Shown piece after piece: positions 51,801 through 61,961 of a stretch of 64,000 bases of DNA; position 1 is the stretch's first letter, and each line of letters starts with the position of its first letter. Origin of the DNA: a virus (taxonomy: Duplodnaviria > Caudoviricetes). The position numbers and the translations under genes were made by a program. The notes beneath the pieces were generated by a model that saw nothing but the letters and a program-made list of their open reading frames with translations, had not been told where the DNA came from and did no database searches. The stretch covers positions 19,860 through 83,859 of the IMG/VR virus record IMGVR_UViG_3300017761_003550; one strand, written 5' to 3'.

Positions 51801-53117
51801 CGTTTCCGTGGACAAAACTCTACGCCCGCCACCGTCACGTACTCCTCGATCCAGTCGAATATTTCTGACACGACCGCTGCGTCTGAGGATGCCGCCCTGT
51901 ACCTGCAGACGATGATGGCCGGGACACTTACGAATGCCCTAACGCTTGGTATCTCAACGCTCGAGCACAGGTTTACAACGCCGACTGACTCTGTTGTATC
52001 ATCTCAGGGTACAAGTGGATATGGTTCGTTTTATTCCAGAGGATCTGGCACAAACTCAGCTTACATGTTTTTTGGTAACGTAACTAGCGGCGAACGTGGC
52101 CGCATTTGGACAACCAACGCTAGTGCTATCTCTATGAGCACGAACGGTGGAGTAACCGCGCATTTTTCTATAGATTCATCTGGAAATTTGACTGCATCTG
52201 GCGTCGCGATTCCAACCATCTCCTCAACCGACACGCTAAGCAACAAGACCCTCTCCAGCCCAACGCTGTCGGGGACGGTCGCGGGGACTGTGACGGCGAG
52301 CAACGCGTGGACGTTCACAGTTGCTGGCCGACCAATTGTCACAAACCCCACTTCAGGAACGTCCCTGCAAATTGAAATGCAGCAGAGCGGCACTACACGC
52401 GGATACATCGGCGCTGACTCTACTGCTATTTATTTCTTCGACGGTTCTGTAAATATTCGCGCTTATATCAATACAGCAACCGGCGCGATCTTTTCTGGCG
52501 GCGTAGCTGTTCCCACCATCTCTTCGACCGATACGCTGAGCAACAAGACGCTGGCTGGTTTTGTGACAACTGGCGTCCCAACAATTCGCTTTGATAACCC
52601 GTACATAGAATTCCGCAACGCTGCCAACACGCGCAACGGATATCTGCAGATACTTAACGGTGGTGCCGTCCTGCTCCAGAACGAATTCTCTGGTGGTGCA
52701 ATTAACCTTGCTACTACTGGTGGTGGCGGCCTCCAATTTAACAGCGTCGAGATTCCTACCATCAGCTCCACCTCGACGTTCACCAACAAGACCCTTACTA
52801 GCCCCACCATCAACGGTGGTACGATTCAGAGTCGTGTGCAAACTAGCTCTGAAACAACTGGTACACTTACTGCAGCCAGCGCCAACAAAACTCTCGCTTT
52901 AACGGGTGGCGTTACTATGCCTAACGCCGTCTTCACAGCTGGTGATATGATAACAATGGATCCAGGAACAGCAGCGCGTACTATTACACGTGGAGCTAGC
53001 GTCACAATGTACGTCAATGGTGTTGATAGCGCGACCGCAACATTGGCAGCTAACCAGATGGGTGGCGCTTACTGGCGCTCGTCTAGCGTATGTATTCTTA
53101 CCGGAGCGGTCACCTAA
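45885..53117 (+). CDS. Giant modular tail fibre (2410 aa)
   Basis: [12 protein letters not shown]-terminus, ten NKT joint motifs, repeated beta-rich modules. Confidence 0.85.
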   Translation: MARKKEHFQDIALQGLFAAGSYGTAGQVLKSDGDSVYWDADAASGGDAATLDGYDSTAFARLAGTSPFTAAQTISLSPTSGPTLPSGTVLHLIGTNATQSRMFLDTFGANAAFLGRRANGTNASPTAILSGDFIFSFGGFGYGATGYLASASALGLVTATENFTDTAGGAKFSFRTVANGTITPLVRWHIENDGSFIAEGLTVTGNGTVNAVDYFDNGVNINTIYGSLALANIFTAAQTINQNAVALPAPPSPTALHIGAADAGLSRATIDAFGSSASIALRRASGTNASKTALALYETIGNITAFGYGATSYSATLRAGIAFQAAEAWTDAAQGTRITFTTTPNLSAAAAGRWIVENDGSFIYNGGSLTGVSTINAVDYFDNGVNINTIYASLAATNTFTGNLVVNKSGVTVPTAFGPDEIRIVGAAGNDALFWADGFDGPPVFGGRRAQGVPGAPTAVQTGNTLASLRGYGYRTTGYSASHRGSVTIAAAENWTDSATGTRIILATTTNLTAGQSARWVVENDGSFVYNGGSLTGISTVNAVDYFDNGVNINTIYADATNTLTMANKTLTTPTINGAALSGTLSGTPSFSGVVTFTAAPVFTLSATASGQNSATVQSTDAGAVGATLKIYHDSASPLAGDLAARITFHGKDSGGTDTQYGYLGMSILDPTDTSEDGAFFFRTTVAGAQANRLFIGAGVYHDSATGGDKGNNTLNIGTLYQNNVQVATLSGTEILTNKTLTTPVLGAATATSINGLTITSSTGVLTITNAKTFSVSNTLTLTATDGSTLAIGAGGTLASAAYVATGTTGATIPLLNGTNVWNGVSNVFNYGASGVSQIAIGASNAQDAYFYLRANAAQTRSIVYQTGSSTRWQVYADTVPESGSSAGSNFHLRAYDDAGASLGDALSIVRATRVVTFPVAPTFTDAATTRTNLGFSTLTDYVTLTGTQTLTNKTLTSPAFGGTITGAATWSATQTFSVAGDVPAVNIRSGSATVLTGISFGRTGHEYFVGTVGVANQFFTGSVAGDNVIALGTKLWIGTGDYDTAGSAVATVTVSTFDFKVAPTLNSVAIPTISSTDTLTNKTITSPSIGGTVVGSPLWTNMTFLNSPRIRNALQSGIVFERADAIQSYVMGRSIGTDNAHNFFLYDNLAPGTVFSVNSSRVMDFALNPTAAGIAIPTISSTDTLTNKTLTTPTINGAALSGTFSGTPSFSGAITASTAGVPLTLTNTTDTANNYALYLDSDRATPTAADSISLGMRVSSSTGVQREIATIRALATVVTNAAETSRIDFSTILAGTLSQRMTLNATSLVPYTNDLVALGTTANMWSDLFLASGAVINFNNGDVLLTHSADTLAFTGAASGYTFDATVSVSGSAVVTAAGIGSTVQAYDADLAAIAGLTSAADRLPYFTGSGTAALATFTSFGRSIVDDADASAGRTTLGLGTAAVLNTGTSGGNIPLLNGTNVFSGAQDINVNATVQFTITRTDDGSSGAQMDAFHNSTTPAPNDSLFTLRVLGKDSAAVTTTYGRLRFFVTNATDAAEAGYWQIAPTTAGAETAGLAITGTALTFNAVAVPTISSTDTFTNKTLTSPTFGGTIAGSPTYSGNPLYTSATTFSPQVVLRNTNTDQYGGYLILDKAPSDNLLSVSDALGVLMFRGVDTTGTLRNSAYIQATVQSQTSTYVGSSLSFFTSVAGVVDRTEGGFNGGLTLGAPTGSNKGVGTLNATNIYVNDVLVPTISSTSTFTNKTLTTPTINGAALSGTFSGTPTFSGAVAFTEQVTITRGAVPLRITTTPDNGNVQGMIIEGDRATPTANDIVYMDWRLSNSAGTQTEFGRQSIVASTVTAASEASYWQWAVRAAGVLTNVAILTSSAFSPNTSDGIGLGSTAQMWSDLFLASGGVVNFNNGDVTITHSANTLAFAGASTGYTFDAPLTISSTAANAPLVITSTEAGATAFTVDLFRNSASPAASDGLAAIRFRGQNSTPATVTYSSIQSNISDTTAASEDAALYLQTMMAGTLTNALTLGISTLEHRFTTPTDSVVSSQGTSGYGSFYSRGSGTNSAYMFFGNVTSGERGRIWTTNASAISMSTNGGVTAHFSIDSSGNLTASGVAIPTISSTDTLSNKTLSSPTLSGTVAGTVTASNAWTFTVAGRPIVTNPTSGTSLQIEMQQSGTTRGYIGADSTAIYFFDGSVNIRAYINTATGAIFSGGVAVPTISSTDTLSNKTLAGFVTTGVPTIRFDNPYIEFRNAANTRNGYLQILNGGAVLLQNEFSGGAINLATTGGGGLQFNSVEIPTISSTSTFTNKTLTSPTINGGTIQSRVQTSSETTGTLTAASANKTLALTGGVTMPNAVFTAGDMITMDPGTAARTITRGASVTMYVNGVDSATATLAANQMGGAYWRSSSVCILTGAVT

Positions 53118-53509
53118 TGACCATCCAGAGGGCATTCATTGCGGCGCTAAAATCGCGGATCTTCGGGTTGGCAGTCGGACCAATCGATGCGGGCGCATCG
53201 TTCTCTGCTACTGCTACGCTCGTTATTTACCGTGGTGGGCAAGCAAACAGCACCACATGGACTACCCCTACGGAAGCCACAATTGGTGACGGATACGAAG
53301 TCCGGGTAACCCATAACTCAGGTACCGCCCCCACTAGCGGGACCTTGGGGTCGTGGCTGGCGTTGACTTCCAACCGGACGTGGGAATTGACAAACAGCGT
53401 CGCCGGTACGACCTTGTCTAGCAACATAACTGTTGAGATCCGGGTCGCCGGTGGTGGAGCGACCGTTTGCTCTGAAACCATTGATATGTCGGCGGAAGTG
53501 TATACATAA
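53117..53509 (+). CDS. Putative fibre tip/adhesin protein, paralog of 40969-41523
   Basis: TAATG overlap with the fibre stop; EVRVT...GSWLALT...TVEIR. Confidence 0.65.
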   Translation: MTIQRAFIAALKSRIFGLAVGPIDAGASFSATATLVIYRGGQANSTTWTTPTEATIGDGYEVRVTHNSGTAPTSGTLGSWLALTSNRTWELTNSVAGTTLSSNITVEIRVAGGGATVCSETIDMSAEVYT

Positions 53510-53550
53510 CAATCCACTAAATAAATTTAGATAACTATAAGAAGGAATAA

Positions 53551-53850
53551 GTGATGCCAACTATTTGGACTTGGACATTTCGAGACGCTAAAGTCGCGGA
53601 TGAAGGTGAGCTTTCTGATGTCATTAAAAGTATCGGATACACTCTACGTGGTACACGTGGTGATGACTTTCATGAGATCGGTGGAGAGACAGAACTTGGC
53701 GCTCCTGATCCAGAAACGTTTGTCGAGTTTTCCTCACTTACAAAAAATCAAACAATTGAGATTATCGGATCTGCTGTTAACGTTGAAGCTCTTAAAACGC
53801 AGATTGATGCTTGGTTCGATGCAACTATAAAAGCTCTACCATTCACCTAA
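53551..53850 (+). CDS. Putative tail-fibre assembly/chaperone-like protein
   Basis: WTWT...DVIKSIGYTLRG...PDPETFVEFSSLT pattern common downstream of phage fibre genes. Confidence 0.55.
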   Translation: MMPTIWTWTFRDAKVADEGELSDVIKSIGYTLRGTRGDDFHEIGGETELGAPDPETFVEFSSLTKNQTIEIIGSAVNVEALKTQIDAWFDATIKALPFT

Positions 53851-53928
53851 CCCCATTACAGTTTGATATAAATATATTCGAACTTAATAAAAACTAAACA
53901 ACCAATTGAGAATTGAAGGAATACAATT

Positions 53929-54165
53929 ATGAAAACTGCACCAAAACTTTCTAAAGTGAAAGCTGTAGATCCTGTCGCAGCAACTGAGAAGAGTGAACCA
54001 ACGGTCAACCTGTCTGTTAACGCTCAGCAATTTAACATCATCATGGCTGGCCTTGGTGAACTACCACACAAGCATGTTGGTACTCTCATCAATGATCTTG
54101 TCGCTCAAGTTCAACCACAAGTTAATGCAGCTGCTCCACCACTAGAAGTAGCTAACGAAGAGTAA
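53929..54165 (+). CDS. Small hypothetical protein
   Basis: TATAAATA at 53867, GAGGA SD; NIIMAGLGELPHK...LI..L..Q. Confidence 0.7.
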   Translation: MKTAPKLSKVKAVDPVAATEKSEPTVNLSVNAQQFNIIMAGLGELPHKHVGTLINDLVAQVQPQVNAAAPPLEVANEE

Positions 54166-54365
54166 TGCTCAATAGCATTCTTCTTAAACTGCAAGCATCA
54201 GAAAAAAGTGTTGATGTTATCCCATCTTTTGCGATGTTCGAGAGAACACTCGATCGCATGGATAGTGATCTAGCATCAACACTTTTTTCATTTAAAGAAG
54301 AAGTTTTAAAGAGAATCGAAAATTATGAATCAAATGCTAACGATGTGGCCGGGAAACCTCAATAA
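54165..54365 (+). CDS. Hypothetical protein
   Basis: Coupled start; 66 aa. Confidence 0.55.
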   Translation: MLNSILLKLQASEKSVDVIPSFAMFERTLDRMDSDLASTLFSFKEEVLKRIENYESNANDVAGKPQ

Positions 54366-54897
54366 GGTTTTTACCGATGCTGTTATTGAAACTGGTAACA
54401 AACAACCAATCGCCCAAACGGGTATCGGTTTCAATGGAGCAACAGACGCTGTTGAAACTGTTAGAAAATCAGAAATTCGTTGGGTTAATACATACGATCA
54501 AAGCCACCGCTTTATTGTTGATACGCTTTGGAATTTTGTTATTGATGCTAATCGCAATAACTATGGTTTCGACCTTAACTACTTGCGTGACGTCCAGTTC
54601 ACAACCTATCGCTCAGAGAACGGTGGAAAGTACGATTGGCACCAAGATATATTTTGGATGAATCCAACTATGAGTCACCGCAAGTTGTCTATTACAGTTC
54701 AACTTTCGGAACCAAATGAATATCAAGGTGGTGAATTTGAGATTGACCCAGAATATGGTGTTTTAGATCAAAATGTGATCAAACAAAGAGGAACTGTTCT
54801 AGTTTTTCCATCATTCCTCCGTCATCGCGTAACGCCAGTAACATCCGGAGTCCGTAGGAGTCTTGTTGCTTGGGTTGAGGGGCCAAAATTTAAATAG
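54325..54897 (+). CDS. 2OG-Fe(II) oxygenase (PKHD/prolyl-hydroxylase-like)
   Basis: YDWHQD (HxD), RKLSITVQLS...GGEF, FPSFLRHRVTPVTSG.R.SLV.W. Confidence 0.92.
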   Translation: MNQMLTMWPGNLNKVFTDAVIETGNKQPIAQTGIGFNGATDAVETVRKSEIRWVNTYDQSHRFIVDTLWNFVIDANRNNYGFDLNYLRDVQFTTYRSENGGKYDWHQDIFWMNPTMSHRKLSITVQLSEPNEYQGGEFEIDPEYGVLDQNVIKQRGTVLVFPSFLRHRVTPVTSGVRRSLVAWVEGPKFK

Positions 54898-54938
54898 TGT
54901 ATCTCATAAATAGAAGATAAGATCACTGGAGAGGCATT

Positions 54939-55679
54939 ATGAGCATTCCTACATCAAGAACACTTTTCAAAGAATGGTGTCTCAAGAAACTCGGTAAACC
55001 CGTAATCACGATTAACGTGTCTGATGAACAAGTAGATGATCGTATTGATGAGGCTCTTAAATACTACTACGATTACCACTTTGATGGTACCGAAAAAACA
55101 TACTACAAGTACCAATTAACTCAACCTGACATTACTGCTAAGAGCATTCCCGCACCAGAGAATCTTCTTGGTGTTGTTGGTGTGTTTCCAGTATTAGGAT
55201 CTTACGCCGGATCTAATATCTTCAACATCCAATACCAAATTGCTCTTAATGAAGTTTGGTCTCTCACAAGTATCCAACTCACACCATATTACATGGCAAT
55301 GGAACACCTTGCCCTGATCAACGAACTTTTCGTTGGAAACCAACGTGTTCGATTTAATCGCCACACAGATAAGATCTACATTGATATGGATTGGACACAA
55401 GCTGCTGTTGGTAAGTGGATTGTTGTTGAGGGATATATGCTTGTTGATCCGGACACATACACAGATGCATGGTCTGATCGTTGGTTACAACTATACGCTA
55501 CAGCTAAAATTAAAGAACAGTGGGGAAACAATCTTTCCAAATTTACTGGTATGCAATTACCTGGTGGTGTCCAGTTTAATGGACAACAGATTAAAGAAGA
55601 AGCATTAGCAGAAATCAAAGATCTTGAAGCAAGAATGATTACCGAATTCTCGCTTCCCGTCGAAGATATGATCGGCTAA
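54939..55679 (+). CDS. gp13: Neck protein gp13
   Basis: WCLKKLGKPVITINVSDEQVDDRIDEAL.YY..YHFDG; KEQWGNNLSKFTGMQLPGGV. Confidence 0.93.
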   Translation: MSIPTSRTLFKEWCLKKLGKPVITINVSDEQVDDRIDEALKYYYDYHFDGTEKTYYKYQLTQPDITAKSIPAPENLLGVVGVFPVLGSYAGSNIFNIQYQIALNEVWSLTSIQLTPYYMAMEHLALINELFVGNQRVRFNRHTDKIYIDMDWTQAAVGKWIVVEGYMLVDPDTYTDAWSDRWLQLYATAKIKEQWGNNLSKFTGMQLPGGVQFNGQQIKEEALAEIKDLEARMITEFSLPVEDMIG

Positions 55680-55682
55680 AAT

Positions 55683-56411
55683 ATGGCAACGAATCCATAT
55701 ATTGATGCATTTTATAATGCTCCAGAACAGGATCTAATTGAAGATCTTGTAATGGAGAGTATCAAGTTTTATGGACACGATTGCAACTATATTATTCGTG
55801 ATCTCGTACATCGTGATGAGGTATATGGTGAGGCTCCACTCTCAACTTACAATAGATCATACTTACTAGATTTCTACATTCGTAGCTTTGATAGCTATGA
55901 AGGCGATGGCGTGTTTCTTTCCAAGTTTAATCTCGAAATCCGTGATACTCTTGTATTAACTGTGTCGGTAAAGAATTTTGCTGCGGAAATAGGTGGAATA
56001 GAAGGAATTTCCCGCCCTCGCGAAGGAGATCTTATCCATGTTCCTATGGATAATCGTGTCTATGCTATTAAATTTGTAAACAAGACGCCAGTATTCTACC
56101 AGATGGGTAAGATACAATTCTATGATTTATCATGTGAAGTGTTTGAATACAGCAACGAAGTGTTTAATACTGGTATCGATGAGATTGACAATATCTATCG
56201 CAACCGTTCAACAGATTTAACAAACTTCGCTCTCTTGACGCAAGATGGATTTATGATCAAAGACCAAGATGGATATCCAATTATTCAAGGTGGATATAGT
56301 CTTGATGAACAATCTGGTGACTTCTTGGATGACAGCAGCGAGCTTCAAACTGAGGGTGATGACATTCTCGACTGGAGCGAGCGCGATCCATTTTCAGAAG
56401 GTAATGTATAA
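55683..56411 (+). CDS. gp14: Neck protein gp14
   Basis: EQDLIEDLVMESIKFYG...YEGDG.FLSKF.LEIRD...PREGDLI...FYQMGK..FYDLSCE.FEYSNE. Confidence 0.93.
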   Translation: MATNPYIDAFYNAPEQDLIEDLVMESIKFYGHDCNYIIRDLVHRDEVYGEAPLSTYNRSYLLDFYIRSFDSYEGDGVFLSKFNLEIRDTLVLTVSVKNFAAEIGGIEGISRPREGDLIHVPMDNRVYAIKFVNKTPVFYQMGKIQFYDLSCEVFEYSNEVFNTGIDEIDNIYRNRSTDLTNFALLTQDGFMIKDQDGYPIIQGGYSLDEQSGDFLDDSSELQTEGDDILDWSERDPFSEGNV

Positions 56412-57226
56412 TGTTCGGACAGACATGGTCACACGACATTATGAGAAAGTACGTTATCATCTTTGGTACGTTGTTCAATAACATCTACATAACAAGAGAG
56501 AACTCGCAGAACAACACACAAGCAACCATTAAAGTTCCTCTGACATATGCTCCTAAAGAAAAGATGCTCGCTCGTGTAAGTGCTGATCCAGATCTTGAAA
56601 ATCAGATCGCAATTACACTGCCACATATGTCTTTTGAGATTAACAACTATCAATATGACCCATCAAGAAAACTGTCTACTGTTGGAAAACAGTATAATAT
56701 GCAAGCAGATGGTACAGCGAAGTACGCTTATCAACCAGTACCATATGATATCATTTTTAACTTGTACATTATGGTAAAGAATGCCGCTGATGGTACACGT
56801 ATCGTTGAGCAGATCTTACCTTACTTCACACCAGACTTCACAGTTACCGCGAACATTCTACCGGAACTTGGAAGAACAATGGATATTCCAGTGGTGTTGA
56901 ATGATACATCTGTTCAGGATATCTACGAAGGTAACTTTGATACAAGACGTTCACTTGTTTGGATTTTGACATTCACAATGAAGGGATATCTATATGGTCC
57001 TGTTCGTCAGTCATCTTTAATTCATTTTGCTAACACCGGGTTCATTCTTTCTAATGATCCGCAAAATGCAAATACAGCATCACCAAGAGTAGCTACAGTT
57101 CTTGCTCAACCTGGCCAGCTTGCGAACGGTTCCCCGACATCTAATCTTGCGTTGACTGTATCATATGACGATATTAATCCGAATAGTGATTATGCATTTA
57201 TCAATCAATTTATTGAGAATATATAA
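56411..57226 (+). CDS. gp15: Tail terminator/sheath stabilizer gp15
   Basis: RKYVIIFGTLFNNI...KVPLTYAPKEK...LPHMSFEI...PVPYDI.F.L...EQILPYF.P. Confidence 0.95.
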   Translation: MFGQTWSHDIMRKYVIIFGTLFNNIYITRENSQNNTQATIKVPLTYAPKEKMLARVSADPDLENQIAITLPHMSFEINNYQYDPSRKLSTVGKQYNMQADGTAKYAYQPVPYDIIFNLYIMVKNAADGTRIVEQILPYFTPDFTVTANILPELGRTMDIPVVLNDTSVQDIYEGNFDTRRSLVWILTFTMKGYLYGPVRQSSLIHFANTGFILSNDPQNANTASPRVATVLAQPGQLANGSPTSNLALTVSYDDINPNSDYAFINQFIENI

Positions 57227-57645
57227 TGAATAGCGATTTAGATAAAGTGCTCAATGTAGCACCAGCACCAGAAGAAGCTCCATTGGTGCATGGTGAACTT
57301 GTTCCTGTTGTTGAACAGGTTCCTGCTACTGTTGATGATGAGAAAGAAGTGAATGAAGACTTCCAACTTGCGAGAGAGAATCTCAAAGAAATCATTGAAG
57401 AAGGTAAAGAAATCTTACAAGAGATGAAGCAGGTTGCAAAACAATCGCAACATCCAAGAGCATATGAGGTCTTAGGCAACCTTATGAAGATTGCGGTTGA
57501 TACCAATAAAGACCTATTAACGCTTAGAAAGCAAAAAAGGGAGTTGGTCAGGAAGACCGATGGGTCCCCAACAACGGTAAACAACAACCTGGTGTTGAGT
57601 ACAGCCGATCTTCTAAAATTGATCAAAAACAATACTAATGAGTAG
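57226..57645 (+). CDS. gp16: Terminase small subunit gp16
   Basis: EDFQLARENL...QHPRAYEVLGNLMK...TTVNNNLVLST.DL.KL. Confidence 0.92.
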   Translation: MNSDLDKVLNVAPAPEEAPLVHGELVPVVEQVPATVDDEKEVNEDFQLARENLKEIIEEGKEILQEMKQVAKQSQHPRAYEVLGNLMKIAVDTNKDLLTLRKQKRELVRKTDGSPTTVNNNLVLSTADLLKLIKNNTNE

Positions 57646-59299
57646 TGAAAGACAGTCATATCTAGGAAACCCAAAACTAAAAAGATCTAACGTCGCCGTT
57701 GAGTGGACACCACACCAACTTAAAGAATACATACGATGCGCGGAAGATCCTATTTACTTTATTCACAAATATTGTAAGATCATTCACGTGGACCGTGGCT
57801 TGATTAATTTCAAGCTACACAAGTTCCAGGAAGAAATGATCGAGACATATGTCTCACACAGATTCGTAATATGCAAGATGCCGCGTCAGGTTGGTAAAAC
57901 CACGACGACGGCATCATACATTTTGTGGAAAGTTATTTTTAACGAATACACGAACGTCGCCATTCTTGCTAACAAAGACAAGAAAGCGCGAGAGATTCTT
58001 GATCGTATTCAGAAGATGTTCGAGAACCTGCCAAGCTGGATGCAGCAAGGTGTAACAGAATGGAACAAGGGTAACGTTGAACTTGAGAACGGTTCTAAGA
58101 TCGTTGCTACTTCTACATCATCATCTGCTGCTCGTGGTGACACATACAACCTAGTTTACCTTGATGAGTTCGCGCACGTTGAACGAAACATTCAAGATGA
58201 CTTTTTCACATCCGTGTACCCAACAATTTCATCGGGTGAAAAGACTCAGCTTATTATCACTTCTACTCCAAAGGGTATGGAGCTCTTCTATAAGATCTGG
58301 ATTGACTCTGAAGAAGGCCGCAACAGCTACAAGCGTGTTGAGGTTCACTGGTCAGACATCCCCGGTCGTGACGAAAAGTGGAAAGCACAGGAGATCGCGA
58401 ACACATCGGAAGATAAGTTCCGGCAGGAATACGAGTGCGAGTTCCTCGGTTCAGCCAACACACTTATTCACCCATCTAAGCTGCGTACACTGGCTTGGAA
58501 AAAACCAATTAAACAAAACCATCTCGGGCTCAAAGAATACTACGAGCCTGATCCAAACACAGTGTATGCTATGGTCGTTGACACAGCTCGTGGAGCTGGA
58601 GCAGACTACTCCGCATTCATCGTGGTGAACGTTTCAACATTCCCATACAAGGTTGCTGCGGTATTTAAGAACAATACGATCTCACCACTGATTCTACCAA
58701 ACATCATTTTTGAGACGGCTAAATACTACAATAATGCTCTGGTACTTGTAGAGACTAATGATATTGGTCAACAGGTTGCAGATATTCTACACTATGATCT
58801 AGAGTATGAAGGTATGCTTGTCTCAGCTATGTCTGGTCGTAATGGTCAGTCATTGTCTGGGGGATTCGCCACTTCTACTCACAAAGGAGTGAGAACGACA
58901 AAACAGGTTAAAAGAATTGGTTGCTCAACATTAAAAACGCTTGTCGAGTCCGATAAGTTTATCATTGAAGATGCGGATATTATTTATGAGTTAACAAGAT
59001 TCGTACTTAAAGGTCAATCATACGAAGCTGAAGATGGTAATGATGACCTTGCTATGTGTTGTGTTCTATTCGGCTGGCTTTCAACTCAGTCGTACTTGCG
59101 AGAAATTACTGATCTGGACGTTAGAAAAAAGATCTATGAACAAAACGAACGTATGCTCGAAGATGAAATGCTCCCATTCGGGATATTTGCGTCTGGAGAC
59201 GACGAATTAGATGAAATAATTAATGATACTCCAACTGTGCTCGATAGACGAAATCGTGACGAATTCGGCGGGCTCATGGGAGGCGTTTCAATAGAATAA
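57638..59299 (+). CDS. gp17: Terminase large subunit gp17
   Basis: KMPRQVGKTTT Walker A, YLDEFAHV Walker B, DTARGAGADYSAF, NDDLAM. Confidence 0.97.
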   Translation: MSSERQSYLGNPKLKRSNVAVEWTPHQLKEYIRCAEDPIYFIHKYCKIIHVDRGLINFKLHKFQEEMIETYVSHRFVICKMPRQVGKTTTTASYILWKVIFNEYTNVAILANKDKKAREILDRIQKMFENLPSWMQQGVTEWNKGNVELENGSKIVATSTSSSAARGDTYNLVYLDEFAHVERNIQDDFFTSVYPTISSGEKTQLIITSTPKGMELFYKIWIDSEEGRNSYKRVEVHWSDIPGRDEKWKAQEIANTSEDKFRQEYECEFLGSANTLIHPSKLRTLAWKKPIKQNHLGLKEYYEPDPNTVYAMVVDTARGAGADYSAFIVVNVSTFPYKVAAVFKNNTISPLILPNIIFETAKYYNNALVLVETNDIGQQVADILHYDLEYEGMLVSAMSGRNGQSLSGGFATSTHKGVRTTKQVKRIGCSTLKTLVESDKFIIEDADIIYELTRFVLKGQSYEAEDGNDDLAMCCVLFGWLSTQSYLREITDLDVRKKIYEQNERMLEDEMLPFGIFASGDDELDEIINDTPTVLDRRNRDEFGGLMGGVSIE

Positions 59300-59369
59300 A
59301 ATCGCGTGGAACTAGCGTTTTATAAATAAGAATAATAGTTAAACCACCCGTAACGATTGTAGGGAGAAT

Positions 59370-61937
59370 ATGTCGATGACGTTCCAAGTAAGTCCAGGTA
59401 TTAATGTTACGGAGGTCGATTTAACGACAACTGTACCAGCCGTAGCCACCGCCGTAGGGGCGTTCGCAGGCCCATTCAACTGGGGACCAGTCGGTAAGTT
59501 CTCTCTCATTACAGGCGAGAATGACCTTGTGGCTCGCTACGGAAAACCAAACAACAACAATTTCGAGAGCTTTTTCTCGGCAGCAAACTATCTTTCTTAT
59601 GCAAACAGACTCTATGTCAGCCGTGCAGCAAAAACAAGCGGTTTCGCTAACAGCGTTGGAACTGCGCTTACAAGCAACACAACTCTGATTGTTTACTCTG
59701 CAGTTGCTGGACTAGAAGCTGGTTATGGTGCATTCGGTGCTGGCATCCCAGAAGGAGCAACTATTGTATCAGCAAGTAACACAACTCTATCAAACACATT
59801 CGCCTCCGCTAACACATCAGTTGCTGCGAACGGACAAATCACTTTTGTTGCCAACCCATTCGTAACTGGTGAAACAGTAAGCTACTCGGTAGCTGCCGGA
59901 AACACAGTTCTTACAGAACTAGCAAACAACGCTACATACTTCGTGCGCGCCGCAAATTCAACAACTCTGTATCTCTCCGCCACCGTTGACGGTTCGGTTA
60001 TTACTCTTACAAAGGGTGTTACAACGGACACTGGCCACACGCTAACACGTACCGGGGTAACTCGTGTTGTTCTAAGTGCAAACTCGACAACCGGTAGCGG
60101 TGCTACACCAATCGTAAACACAATTAACTACTTTGATGCGGCACTGTCATTTAACGCTGTAGCAAACTCTGCTGCAGTAACAAACCGTTCGGCTGCTATC
60201 GTTAAGAATGCAGATCACTACGATACAGTAACTTTCCCAGCTGGCGTTGAGTGGGTAGCGAAATATCCATCAGATCTCGGTAACTCGCTAAAGGTTTCTG
60301 TATGTGATACAGCTGCGCAATATCAATCAACACTTAACCCATACTCAATGACATCTGGTGGCGTAACTGCAAACAGCACCGTCATTCCTGGAGGAGCTGG
60401 TATTACTGTTGCTCTTAACGCAAACAGCGCAACGATCTATGTTGCGAACTCCGCATCACTCCATTCAACAAACGCCGCCATCCTAGCGACAGGACTTTCT
60501 ACTTCGCTGATCGTTGGTGACGTTCTTGAAGTTGGAAATAATTCAATCAACAAACAGAAACTAAAAATCACATCTATCGGCGCTGTAACAACAAACTCTG
60601 GTAACTCTTCATTCACAGTATCCTTTGATGGAAATTATGCTCTATCAACGGCTTTCGCAGCTAACACGATCTCACGATACTGGGAATATTCTTCTGTGGT
60701 TGGAAAAGCACCAGGAACAAGCGCTGCCCTCACAGCCGTCGGGAGTTCTGTTGTTGATGAAGTTTCAGTAGTTGTTGTTGATGAAGACGGCAAATTTACT
60801 GGAGCTCCAGGAACAGTTCTTGAAGTGTTTACAAACCTTTCTCGCGCAACAGATTCTCGTAGCGATGATGGTTCGTCTGCATACTACAAAACAGCTATTA
60901 ACGATCTTTCTCGTTACCTTTGGTGGGCGGCAGATCGTTCGGGTGCAGCTTCTAACACAGCCGTTCTCGTTTCTGCTTCAACAGCGCTCGTTCCATATAC
61001 TGTATCACTAAGTGGTGGTACTGCTGGAGTATCTGAATCAAGCATCGCAGCAGCAGAACTTGCTGCAGCTTGGGACCTTTTCGCAGACACAGCATCAGTA
61101 GATGTATCATTGCTGATTGCTGGTAAAGCGGCAGGAGCTTCTGGTACTCAGATGGCCAATTACATCATCGACAATATCTCTGAAGCTCGTAAAGATTGCG
61201 TCGCCTTTATCTCACCACAGAAATCTGACGTTGTCAGAACTGATGGCGCAGAGTCTGACTCTGTTGTAACGTTCCGCGATGGTCTCCGTAGCTCAAGCTA
61301 CGCCGTGATGGACTCAGGATACAAATATCAGTATGACAAATATAATGATGTGTATCGTTGGGTTCCTCTAAACGGCGATATCGCTGGTCTAACAGCCCGT
61401 ACTGATCAGACACGTGATCCTTGGTTCTCACCAGCCGGATTCAATCGTGGCTCAATCAAGAACGTTGTTAAACTCGCCTGGAACCCAAAACAAGCAGAAC
61501 GTGATATTCTGTACGGTAAAGGTGTAGACCCAGTTGTGACTTTCCCCGGACAAGGAACAATCCTGTTCGGTGATAAGACTCTATTGGAAAAAGAAAGTGC
61601 ATTTAACCGCATTAACGTTCGTCGCCTGTTTATCATCCTTGAGAAAGCAATCGCAAATGCTGCAAATGCAATGCTGTTCGAATTCAATGATGAATTTACT
61701 CGCGCACAATTCAAGAACCTTGTTGAGCCATTCCTCCGTGATGTGCAAGGTCGCCGTGGCATCTACGATTTCCGCGTAGTGTGCGACGAGACAAATAACA
61801 CATCTGAGGTTATTGACAGCAATCGCTTCGTTGGTGATATCTATATTAAACCCGCTAAGTCGATTAACTTCATTCAGCTTAACTTCGTTGCGGTTCGCAC
61901 CGGTGTTGAGTTCGATGAGATCATTGGCCAGTTCTAA
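59370..61937 (+). CDS. gp18: Tail sheath gp18 with a large insertion
   Basis: SPGINVTEVDLT, GPFNWGP; C-terminal WFSPAGFNRG, RINVRRLF, IKPAKSINFIQLNFVA. Confidence 0.97.
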   Translation: MSMTFQVSPGINVTEVDLTTTVPAVATAVGAFAGPFNWGPVGKFSLITGENDLVARYGKPNNNNFESFFSAANYLSYANRLYVSRAAKTSGFANSVGTALTSNTTLIVYSAVAGLEAGYGAFGAGIPEGATIVSASNTTLSNTFASANTSVAANGQITFVANPFVTGETVSYSVAAGNTVLTELANNATYFVRAANSTTLYLSATVDGSVITLTKGVTTDTGHTLTRTGVTRVVLSANSTTGSGATPIVNTINYFDAALSFNAVANSAAVTNRSAAIVKNADHYDTVTFPAGVEWVAKYPSDLGNSLKVSVCDTAAQYQSTLNPYSMTSGGVTANSTVIPGGAGITVALNANSATIYVANSASLHSTNAAILATGLSTSLIVGDVLEVGNNSINKQKLKITSIGAVTTNSGNSSFTVSFDGNYALSTAFAANTISRYWEYSSVVGKAPGTSAALTAVGSSVVDEVSVVVVDEDGKFTGAPGTVLEVFTNLSRATDSRSDDGSSAYYKTAINDLSRYLWWAADRSGAASNTAVLVSASTALVPYTVSLSGGTAGVSESSIAAAELAAAWDLFADTASVDVSLLIAGKAAGASGTQMANYIIDNISEARKDCVAFISPQKSDVVRTDGAESDSVVTFRDGLRSSSYAVMDSGYKYQYDKYNDVYRWVPLNGDIAGLTARTDQTRDPWFSPAGFNRGSIKNVVKLAWNPKQAERDILYGKGVDPVVTFPGQGTILFGDKTLLEKESAFNRINVRRLFIILEKAIANAANAMLFEFNDEFTRAQFKNLVEPFLRDVQGRRGIYDFRVVCDETNNTSEVIDSNRFVGDIYIKPAKSINFIQLNFVAVRTGVEFDEIIGQF

Positions 61938-61961
61938 TAAATAACTCAGGAGAATAGAAAA

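Noticed and set aside
45908-53135. Numerous minus-strand ORFs within the giant fibre gene
   Set aside because: They are typical stop-poor antisense frames of an Ala/Thr/Gly-rich gene.
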